DNA of 64,000 bases from a virus (taxonomy: Duplodnaviria > Heunggongvirae > Uroviricota > Caudoviricetes): IMG/VR virus record IMGVR_UViG_3300012662_000013, positions 43,405 to 107,404 of that record. One strand, given 5' to 3'. The notes below the pieces were generated by a model, which saw nothing but the letters and a program-made list of their open reading frames with translations, was not told where the DNA came from and made no database searches. The position numbers and the translations under genes were made by a program. Of the stretch, positions 26,101-35,549 are shown piece by piece (the stretch's first letter is position 1; each line of letters starts with the position of its first letter).

Positions 26101-28281
26101 AGACATAAGACGCATCATAGCATTAGCCGCAGTCATTTCCATAGGGTCTTGCGGTTTTAGTTTTTTGGCAATAGCTAATCCTACACCAGTAGAAAACTGG
26201 AAACAGTCTAATACATCGCCTGCTGCAAGATGGTCCCAAATATTTTGGTCTTTTGTATCTATTACTTCTGGATGAATATATTGATTGTAAAATTCTCTTA
26301 AAGATAAATCAGGAATTTCTTTTGCCTTTAATAGTAATTCATAACAAGTAATAATCTTGTCAGAAGCTTCAGTCACAAGGAAATCATATTTAGTATCTCC
26401 AGCTGCTTCCGCCTGATGCAAATCCCAGCAAGTAATTAAATTACCACTAGGCGTTCTCATAAATGCTGCTGTATCATAAGGATCATCCCCATAAAGAATA
26501 ACGCCAGAAGCGTGAGAAGAACGTTTATTAACAATACCGCCAATATAAATAATTATATCAAGAAGTCCTGGATATTCATTTACTTTATTAATAAATGTTT
26601 TAACAGGCTTTCTATCTTTGGCTTCATTACCATAAATAACATCGTCAATTTCCCATAAGAATCCACGTTCTTGCGGGATAAGAGAAGACATATACTGTGC
26701 TTCATCTACGTCAATACCATTTGGATATTCTTCTGACCTATAACCACGACAAGCAGTGAGAATAGCAGATTTAGTAGTTTCAGTGCCAAAGGTAGCAACC
26801 TGAATTAATCCTAATTCTCCACGTTCTTTGCGAATAGCTTCAAAAATTGCAGGACGTTTTGAAGGAGCTAAGTCAATATCAATATCAGGTAATTCAGCAC
26901 GTTCTTTGTTTAAAAAACGCCAATAAGGCAAGCCCCAACGAATAGGGTCAAGCTGAGTAATACCCAATAGATAATTAGATAGGAAGCCGGTGGCTGAGCC
27001 ACGTCCTGGGCCTACAATAGAGCCGCAATTCCAAAACAAATCAATATAATGCTTAAAAGTATTGAAATAAGCAAAAAGACAGTCATCCAATTTCTCACCA
27101 ATATCTTTTATAATATCAGCTTCAGTTTCAAGACGACTTAAATAAATTTCTAACTTATCATCTGAAATACTTTTATTATACATCTTTTCTAATAAAGACA
27201 TATAACATTCATTAACCCAATAACGTTCTTGAGGATTATCGCTCATCAATAAACTACATAAAACAGGATATTTTTCTTCACGTTCACCGTACCATCCAGC
27301 TAATGATTGAGGATAATCTGTTACTTCTACTTTTGGAATTATTTGTTTTCTTTCAAGAGAAAAATCTTCAATCTTATTTTGAATTTCAAGAGTATTATTT
27401 AAAATTTCTTTAGCTATTTCTTCTGGTTGTTTTTCTATGTCTAAATATACAAAACAAGGTTCAATTAATTTAAAAACTTCATCATAAGTCATTAAATGAG
27501 CGAACTCATAGAATTTATCAACTTCTCGTTCACCGTCTTTTGAATTAAGATAAGCTTTATGAATTGGTCTATCTTCTTTGGTTAAATAATGACTATCTGT
27601 AGCAACTTCTACTTTAATTCTATATTTACGACCAATTTTATAAATCATATGATTTACAAGTTTTTGATCTGCGGCTGTTGATGGTGCAATCTCTAAATAA
27701 AAATCCTCGCCAAATAAATCTTGGCAAAAAGTAAGGAAAGTATCTATTTGTTTTAGAGTCTGATACAATTCATAATTATTTTCTTGCTCTTTATATTCTA
27801 CAGCTTTTAAAAGACAAGTTCCTAATTCGCCGCCAATACAAGCTGTAGTAGCAATTAAATGCCCTTTATACTTTTCTACTATTGGTTTTAATTCACTTTT
27901 TAAAAGTGGAACACGTTCCATTTTTCTGTCAACATACAAATTTTGCCAAGCAATTGAACTTAATTCTTTTAATGCTCGATAGCCTATAGCATCTTTAGCA
28001 ATTAGAATAAAGTGATAATATTTTTGTCCTGTACTTCTATCATCAGTTAAATAAATTTCATTACCTAATGCTATTTTAAAATCTGGATGTTTTTCTTTAA
28101 TTTTTTTAGCATATTGATTTACTGTCATATGTGCAGAAAGACTTTCATGGTCTGTTATAGCAATTCCCGAAAGTCCTAATTCAATAGCCTTATCAATTAA
28201 AGTTTCTGGTTTATTTATGCAATCAAGTAAACGGAGGTTCGAATAATCAGTATGATTATGGCAACCAAAATAAGTACTCAA
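23094..28281 (-). CDS. dnaE: DNA polymerase III alpha subunit (DnaE-type; PHP domain at the N-terminus) split by a group I intron
   Basis: Exon 1 is ORF 25699..28281 (860 aa; HNHTDYS PHP motif), ending ..LGYAF. Exon 2 lies within ORF 23094..24617 from ..NHSLPYSFVAIQMIYFVIHYNPIYW.., which aligns to DnaE ..[30 protein letters not shown]. Confidence 0.75.
24556..25743 (-). mobile_element. Group I intron in dnaE carrying a GIY-YIG homing endonuclease gene
   Basis: Interrupts the conserved GYxFNKSH motif. 5' part contains gctaacgagggtaaaatctcg; 3' part contains gtatcgactatcc core. Boundaries +/- 10 nt. Confidence 0.6.
24698..25588 (-). CDS. GIY-YIG homing endonuclease (intron-encoded; the only homing endonuclease here without TAG codons)
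   Basis: MKYIYKYENKINGKIYIGQTNNIQKRKNGH..; uninterrupted 296-aa ORF with its own RBS aaggaggtg. Confidence 0.7.
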   Translation of the reverse strand: MKYIYKYENKINGKIYIGQTNNIQKRKNGHKSCSFNPKSNDYNIPFHNAIRKYGLNNFDFIILEEIDDSKDQNYIDDKEKYYIEQYQSLISLNGYNVSQGGQGFSPKEKTYKEKLQSSKLFTGNEIINIQNLLIANKDFNEILKKYSPRLKYSYLININSGLNFKNPLFDYPLKKEINRSHFSKEEIKQIKDRIKSGEIYKTIAKDFNIKSIGFISGINSGRYFFDKNETYPLYIKGCNKKANEIWVNKIINDLLNTNLTQNEIAKKYNKSRSTVTNINTGRSHKKDNLNYPLRKK

Positions 28282-28315
28282 TTCCCTACCTCCTTAATTC
28301 TATTATTTTCTGTAA

Positions 28316-28341
28316 ATATTATATCATATAATTCTATCAAA
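28316..28341 (-). promoter_or_regulatory. Extended -10 promoter (TGaTATAAT) ahead of dnaE
   Basis: tgatataat about 25 nt upstream of RBS aaggagg and ATG 28281; an upstream TTGATA has a short spacer. Confidence 0.35.
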
Positions 28342-28539
28342 ATCAATTTTAAAAATCATCTATATCATTAGCGATTTTATTTATCATAGCAGCCAATTCA
28401 ATTAAATTCTACCTATACGTTGATAAATTATTTTTTAATTTTTGGTTTTCACTGAATAAATAAGAAATCTGATTTTCATTCTATTGCTACTGTTTTTCTA
28501 ATTCATTACCTAGCTAATTAAGTAAATTTTGTATTTCCA

Positions 28540-29139
28540 TTATCCTATAATCTCCAAATGATAATCATTCTTTTCATTTAAACAATCCAAAAGAGTATAA
28601 AACAGACTATGATAATAAGGCGGAACCCACTCTGGTGATAAACAAATAAAATACTTATCATAAGAATCAGTAAATTTAAATTCTTTAAATGGTATTTTAT
28701 TATATTTAAAATTTACTTCAAAATTTGGGTCACAAGAATTATCATTATGAACCCAAGTGTAGTCTTTCAACTGCCCTTGGTCGTGAAAATATTTAACCCA
28801 GTCCGCACAATTACATTCTTCTAATTTTTTATCTTTATCTTTAATATCATAAAAAATATCGTGATGATGGTCTATATTAGTAATATTTAAGTTGGTATCA
28901 TTTTTTAAATAATCTTGAATAAATGAATGACTATAACTAATAAAAATAGAAGAAGTTTTATCTATAGTTCGTAATAAATATCTAAGTATTTTAGAATAAA
29001 TATTTAAATCAGCAGGTGTAGTGGTAAGATTGGGTAAACTCTTTAATAAATCATCCCAATGATTTGCTGGCACCATGTTATTATATAAATTAATACTTGG
29101 TGCCATAATAATGTCAAAATCTACGCTTAATACATTCAT
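28540..29139 (-). CDS. Hypothetical protein (DHHHD motif)
   Basis: Uninterrupted 199-aa ORF. Confidence 0.4.
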   Translation of the reverse strand: MNVLSVDFDIIMAPSINLYNNMVPANHWDDLLKSLPNLTTTPADLNIYSKILRYLLRTIDKTSSIFISYSHSFIQDYLKNDTNLNITNIDHHHDIFYDIKDKDKKLEECNCADWVKYFHDQGQLKDYTWVHNDNSCDPNFEVNFKYNKIPFKEFKFTDSYDKYFICLSPEWVPPYYHSLFYTLLDCLNEKNDYHLEIIG

Positions 29140-29206
29140 ATATATATTATTTCCTTATAACAACTAATTTTTTACTGGCTCTAGTAATACCAGTATATAA
29201 ATATTT

Positions 29207-30337
29207 CTAATGGTCTAATTTATTAAAAGGATGTACTTCTTCAATTAATAATACCTTATCCCATTCACTGCCTTGTGCCTTCCAAACTGTTATAGCATAA
29301 GCATAAGCAAAGTAATAAGGAGCTTCTAAAGCATCAGAATTTCTAGCAAAACTATTCATTCTAAATTCTTGTTTTTTATCAAAAGCTTGCTCTCCTATAA
29401 GTAAAGCATCATAATCAATTGGAATAGATTCAAATCTTCCATTTTCAATATCCATACCAGTAAACATATATTGCAATTCTTTATTATAAATAAAGCTTGG
29501 ATAATGATAAGGAACTATTTGATAATTAGTAATTGTCCCAATAGACCCATTAGTGAGTGGCCATAAACCATTAGTGGAGATAAAATTCCAATGATTGGTT
29601 AATCCTATGATTTTATCTCCTATTTCTGGTATAGGTCCTCGACCCTGTCTTTCTCGAACTTTATTATTTATTTCAATACGTTTCTTATTAGAGGCGCATA
29701 AAGTTTGGTCTGCCCATTCATACATTTCAGGAATAAGTTCATAAGGTCTTAGAATTTGAACTTGTTCTTTGGCTACTGGAAATTGCCCCAAGGGCTTACC
29801 TTCACGCACCCACATAGATAAACGAATAATTTCACTATCTTGTGCTTGCCGCATAATTTCATCTAGAAAGATATGTGGTTTATCTAATACATGGTTATCT
29901 TCATTTTGATCTACAGGAGGAAGCTGAAAAGGGTCACCACAGGCAATTACATATTTATGATGGGAAAGAAGTAAATCCCACATTGTTTTAGGCAGCATTG
30001 ATATTTCATCTACAATAATTACTTTATATGGGATAGGCCATCTTTTTTTTAAATAAAATGTGCCGTTAGGTCTCGGTTTAGCTTCATACAATAATTTATG
30101 TGCTGTAGTTGCATTAGGGCATCCTTTTGTTTGAAGAACGGTTGCTGCTTTACCAGTATAAGCCACATAAGCTACATCAGTTTCAGGATTCAAATTTAAT
30201 GATTGAACTATGAATTTTACTAATGTAGATTTGCCTGTGCCAGTTAAGCGTAGCCAGCAATACAAGTATAAGATTCGTGGCTCTTGTATCTGGCTACGGC
30301 AATTTTCAATCCAGCATTTTGTTTATCAGTTAGTGTC
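29207..30337 (-). CDS. dda: Dda/RecD-like SF1 DNA helicase; needs a -1 frame change at TAA (30246-30248) inside the Walker A region
   Basis: N-terminus MTLTDKQNAGLKIAVARYKSHESYTCIAGYA* (RBS aaggag, TTG 30337) matches T4 Dda MTFDDLTEGQKNAFNIV...GPAGTGKT. The body (ORF 29207..30265) carries TGTGKST, VIIVDEISM, ACGDPFQLPPV and AITVWKAQGSEWDKV. Confidence 0.55.
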
Positions 30338-30727
30338 AAGCGGATTTACTTCTCCTTTCTATATAAATTTATCATTTTCAAAAACCACTTTCATTGGTTT
30401 TTCTTGAGCTGTGGGAATGATATAAACATAATCTTCAGTAAATGGCATTTTAAATCTAGTATCACCATTTTCATCAAAAATTTCTAAATCGTATTTTTGA
30501 TTTGAACCTTCGGTTTCTGCATCTGTACTCGGTCGGAGCTAAGCCATTTTTTTATTACCCTTGCCGCCTCTAATTTCATAAATATCGCAAGAAGTAGTTT
30601 TATTAAGCTCAGTGAGTTTAGCACTTAATTCTTTAATTGCTCTAGTAGCTTCTTCAGCAGAAATACCAAAACTACCCCAAGAAGCTATTTCTTTTACTAA
30701 TTCATTAAATTCATCTTCATTAAACAA
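30333..30727 (-). CDS. Hypothetical protein (~131 aa), 2 TAG; overlaps the helicase start
   Basis: ORF 30539..30727 continues through TAG to TGA 30333-30335. Confidence 0.35.
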
Positions 30728-31445
30728 AGTATTTGTAAGCTATTGTGGCATATTGTTGTCTAACGTAATTTGATTGCGATAATCCTCTTTCATAACATTT
30801 CATAAAAGCTAAAGCAGCTTCTTGCTCGTTCTCCAATTCTAAAAATTTTTCAAAATTAAAATTATTTGAATAACAAAAACCAAACATATCAATTTGATAT
30901 TTAATATCATCACGAAGAAAATCCATTTGACCTTTTAAATCTGCTCCCCATACTCTATCAGTAAATACTTGATTCCATTGGCATAATCCATAAAATCCAT
31001 TGCCATAAATGGTAGTTTGCAAATCTAATGTCCCACCGCCAACCTCAGCCATCATATTACCTAAAATACCAGCACATACATAATCATTCCAGCCAAGATT
31101 TTTCATATATTCCCAAATAAGAGTAGCATCTTTATATTCAAGTCCATCTAATTCTTCATCAACTTTATCTAATTGATTTTGATAGAATTTAATAATTTCA
31201 TTATAAAAATGCCATTTACCTTTAAGATTCATAATTACATCACTATCATCAGTATAACCGATTAACCGAGCATTATTAGCATTATTATGAATTTCTTCTT
31301 TTTTTAAAGTATATTCATCAATTAAATTGATAAGTTCCCAATAATTATTAGTTTCTTTTAAGGGAGTATATTCAACAGTTATTGCATTAACATTAATAGT
31401 TAAAATTAAAAGGATACTAATAATTATAATAATTTTTGTTTTCAT
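30720..31445 (-). CDS. Secreted lysozyme-like protein (phage-tail-lysozyme family motif AGILGNMMAEVGGG...YGLCQWN) with signal peptide
   Basis: N-terminal signal peptide MKTKIIIIISILLILTINVNA. GILGN...E.GGG...YGLxQW pattern. Confidence 0.45.
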   Translation of the reverse strand: MKTKIIIIISILLILTINVNAITVEYTPLKETNNYWELINLIDEYTLKKEEIHNNANNARLIGYTDDSDVIMNLKGKWHFYNEIIKFYQNQLDKVDEELDGLEYKDATLIWEYMKNLGWNDYVCAGILGNMMAEVGGGTLDLQTTIYGNGFYGLCQWNQVFTDRVWGADLKGQMDFLRDDIKYQIDMFGFCYSNNFNFEKFLELENEQEAALAFMKCYERGLSQSNYVRQQYATIAYKYFV

Positions 31446-31462
31446 ATTTTTCTCTCTATCTA

Positions 31463-33205
31463 TTAAAAATAATATTTTACATTTTTAGTAACATGATAAT
31501 CAGTAATAAAAATTTCTGGATTAGTTTTTCCTAAAAATTCATTTATTTTACAAATACCAATAATATCAACAATTATACAGCCTGTTTCACTATGTAAATA
31601 ATTATATTCTTCTTGATTAACATTAAATTTAATTAAATCTAAATCATTTGGTAATTTAATTTTTAATGTTCCAGTAGTTTCTTTAGGATAATAAATTACA
31701 TTATTATTAGTAAGTTTTAAATTTTTAATAACTATATATGGTTCTTTAAAATTCTATCCCCACAAAGGTTCAAACTCTGGTATTTCTAATATAGTATTTA
31801 TATCAATATTATTACTATCAAAAATATAATCAGCTAAATAAACTGGCTAACCATCATAACCATATAATTTACTATTTGTATCTCTTATGAATTTTCTTAT
31901 ATTATTATCAGCAATTTTCGCACCAAATGCTCCTTGATGACCTTCTGCAAATTCAAAATATCCAGTAGAATTAAGATAAGCTTTAAAATCTTTTATAGGC
32001 TCAAAAAATTCATACCCACGACCAGATCCTTCCCAGTATTTAATTCCATTTTCAATTACTTCATTAAGTATAAGAGTCGGCTTCTAAAATCTATTAGCAA
32101 ATTCATTTGCTATTAATCCAGTTAAATTTTTATTTACTTCATATTTTTTATCCAACTAAACAACTAGAATTTTATCATTTAATAAACCTTGTTCTTCAAT
32201 TAACTTTTCTATTATTTCAACATTGGCATCACGGATTTTAGTCTATCGTGTTTTTACATTACCACTAACGCGACATGCCTGTTCTACAATAGTTTCAGCT
32301 TGTCCTCTGCATCCTCTTTTGGTTGATGGAATTAAATCATAGGCAAGAAAATCTAACATACTCTAAAATACTACTTGTCGTTCATCAGTTTCTCCAACAC
32401 GAGTAACTGCATTAATGAGTGGAGCAATATAGAAAGCGACACCCATAGGAGTTAAAGTTTCTTTTAATTTAAATTTATTTTTTTCCATCATACCTTTAAT
32501 ATAAGGATTTTGAGGATTCTTTAATCCTTGATTAATAAAATATCGAGTTTCATAAGGCCTACTATCCATCATATCGCCGATTAATCCAAGAGCTACTAAA
32601 TCTAAATATTTATTTGAATAATTAGTATTAAGAATTTCATCAATAGCATTACAAAATTTATAAACAATAGCGACGCCAGATAATGCTTTATTAGGATAGT
32701 TATCTAATTGATTATTAATTACACAAGCATAAGGAGAAATTTCATCTGCTTCATGATGATCTAAAATTAATATATCAATACCCTTATTATAAAGTGCTTT
32801 ATGTTCTTTATACTAATTACTTCCTGCATCAGGAATTATTACTAATTTAGTATCTTCTGGAATAGTATCTAAAATAATACCGTGAGTTTTCTAGATATGA
32901 ACTCTATAATATACATTATTAGATACATAATAAGGGAATAAATCATATAAATAATTAATCAGCAATGCTGAAGATGTATAACCATCGCAATCAGCATCTA
33001 CCTAAATAAAAATTTTATCATTTTGTTTAATATGTTTTAATAATAATTTAATTCCCTATTCTATATTATTTAATAATTTATTGGGATATACATCAGATTG
33101 TGTGGGATTAAGAAAATGCTAAATATTCTCAGTCTTAATCCCACGATTATTCATTATTGTTTCTAATGGAGTTTTTTGTGTATCATTAATTAATTTATAA
33201 TTCAT
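31463..33205 (-). CDS. RecJ-like DHH-family ssDNA exonuclease (~580 aa), ~9 in-frame TAG
   Basis: DHH motifs DADCDG, ILDHH and AEGHQGAFG. ORF 32363..32572 is one internal piece. RBS taaggag. Confidence 0.55.
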
Positions 33206-33216
33206 ATACTTACTCC

Positions 33217-35332
33217 TTATATAATAATTCTTTCTTTATATAATTTAAGAAATAAATCTGGCCCTTCATCAGTTGGACTATCCTTATAATTAGTAAGCAT
33301 ATTCTTATCAAAAATAAAAGATATGTTAAAATAATTTCCATACTTAGCCTTTATTTTTAATAAGTTATTTTTTAAATGATAAAATTCTTCATCACCTATT
33401 TTTTGGAATTGTCTATCAAAAGCAATAATAATATCTTTCGCACCGACTTGCTCTAATAATTTCATTTGCTGAGCCGATACGCTGCTGCCGCAACAAGCTA
33501 CCGTTATATCATTTTCAAAACCAAAATAACTTTGATATTGTAAGGTTGACTTTTCCATATAATCCATTATTTCTAATGGTACTGACTATATCTTCCAACT
33601 ACTAATTATAGTTGCCACTGTTTCGAGATATGTACCAATAATATCTCTACTCCCTTTAACAGGATAGTCGATACAGGTTATCTATTTTTCCACATCTATT
33701 TTGCTCCTACTGAATGATTATTTCTTAGAGGATAATTATATCCATCAAGCCTATAAGATTGAGTTTTTCCATTTATTATATCTGAAATAGTGGAAGAAGA
33801 ACAATTGAACATTTTTGCTAATTCTTTTAAATTTTTATCATTTTTTAAAATTTCTTCATGAATTTTTTTACATTCTTCAGGAGAAAATTTTAATCCTTTA
33901 GTGCCTTTAGCTTTATTAGAACGAATAGGATATTTAATTCCAGACTAAGGTCTTCGTGCTCCAATATTTATATTGTATATGTGAGTTAGTGAAAATCCAG
34001 TTTTTTCACTTATTTCTTTAAAAGAATATTTTTCATTCTTTAAATACTCAATAACTTCTAATATTTTTTTATCTTCATACATTGGTTTAACAGGATTTTT
34101 TCCACCAGTTGATTGATTATAACCATTAAAATATGTATCATAATATTTTATCCAATATTTTTCTCTATTGTCTAATTCTTCAAGTGGAACATTTTCTTCT
34201 AAAACTATTAATTGATACTCTTCTTCTCCATATTTTCTTATCCCTCGACTTAAAGGATAATCATACTCTGCTTTATTCATATTAAATGGGTCATATTGAA
34301 TATGCTATTTATGTCTATTTTTTAAGTTATTAGTTTGACCTACATAAACAATTTTACCATTACTTTTTTTCTTATAAGCATAAATTACATTCATAAAATC
34401 AACTCCTTTTCTCACTATTATATGAAAAATGAAGTTAGATGTTTAAATAGATTTTCCCACGGAACCACCTTGAATTTAAAAAAATTTTTAGGCTCCTCCG
34501 TTAGCTTGTTAAAAATAACAAACCCCATTGGTAAATGGTAAAGTGGACTAGGGCGAAACTTTCTTTTACCCTCAAATATTATTGCTTTTCCTATCCTATT
34601 TATATTTGCTTTACTATTATTTAAATTATATAAATTCATACCAAGAGGATGAGAATAAAGAATCTTATTAATTTTTAATGGTCTATATTTGCCATACAAT
34701 AGAGCTTCCTCTTTTCCTAACACTCTTCCTCTTAGTCCTATAAAATTTCCATCTATGTCAAAATGAGGAATTGTAATAGCATCGCCGCCAGGGTAATAAC
34801 CAATTATTGCTTGGTCTATCGCCTCTTGGCTTATTCCTTCTTTTAGCCACGGAGTTAATTTTACACAATAATTAAATCTACTTAAAATTTTACTATCATA
34901 AGTTTTTAATTCAACTTTAGAATTTAAATTTTCTTCTATGTTATTCTTATCATAATTAGCTAAAAATTTCCAATCTTCTAAGCCTAAATCTTCAGCATCG
35001 TCTTCCACTGAACCGGCAATACCAAAATAATTAGCTATCCAACGAACTGCATCATTTAGGTCATACTCTTTATTAGATTGGATATGAGCTACTTTAATTA
35101 CTAATTCAAATATATCAAATATATCATCACAGCCGGTGTAGCATTTAAATAATTGACTATTTGAATAGTAATAAAGTTTCTTACTTCCTGCTCCTGGTTC
35201 ATTATGACAGATAGTTTCAGAAAGGATACCGAATTCACTATATTCAGGATTACCGCCCCAAATATTTAGTAATTCAAAAATATTGTCTAAAGTTAAATTA
35301 TTTTTTATCTCAGCTTTATCATAGTTAATCAT
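33217..35332 (-). CDS. DnaG/T7-type DNA primase (CHC2 zinc finger plus TOPRIM) split by a group I intron
   Basis: Exon 1 is in ORF 34418..35332 (zinc finger CHNEPGAGSKKLYYYSNSQLFKCYTGC; ends ..KAIIFEGK). Exon 2 is ORF 33217..33567 (..ITVACCGSSVSAQQMKLLEQVGAKDIIIAFDRQF), aligning to the TOPRIM EG..D...G...FD.D.AG. Confidence 0.65.
33578..34562 (-). mobile_element. Group I intron in the primase TOPRIM region carrying a GIY-YIG homing endonuclease gene
   Basis: 5' core gctaacggaggagcc...ccgtgggaaaatc; 3' core aacctgtatcgactatcc directly after the endonuclease stop. Confidence 0.55.
33678..34394 (-). CDS. GIY-YIG homing endonuclease (~238 aa), 3 in-frame TAG
   Basis: MNVIYAYKKKSNGKIVYVGQTNNLKNRHK[TAG]H..YWIKYYDTYFNGYN, plus YPIRSNKAKG/NYPLRNNH DNA-binding repeats. 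RBS aaaggag. Confidence 0.65.
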
Positions 35333-35350
35333 TATTAACTTAATAAATTA

Positions 35351-35533
35351 TTAGAATGTAATTACATTAATACAAGTGCCTTTAATACCAAATTCTTCAT
35401 TAACTACTTTAATAAGGTATTCCTTTGGATGTTTCTTTGCAAATTCACCCTTAGCAGTCTTTAGATACATCGCTGCCATTTCCTTCGGCATCTTATATTC
35501 AATAGTTCCATTCATAATATCTTTGTTAAACAT
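35351..35533 (-). CDS. Small hypothetical protein
   Basis: 60-aa ORF between primase and dnaB. Confidence 0.3.
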   Translation of the reverse strand: MFNKDIMNGTIEYKMPKEMAAMYLKTAKGEFAKKHPKEYLIKVVNEEFGIKGTCINVITF

Positions 35534-35549
35534 AATTTAATCTCCTTAT

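Noticed and set aside
30263-30300. 18-bp hairpin inside the helicase N-terminal coding region as an independent terminator
   Set aside because: It lies within a coding sequence with no following T-run. Kept only as a possible stimulatory element for the adjacent frame change.
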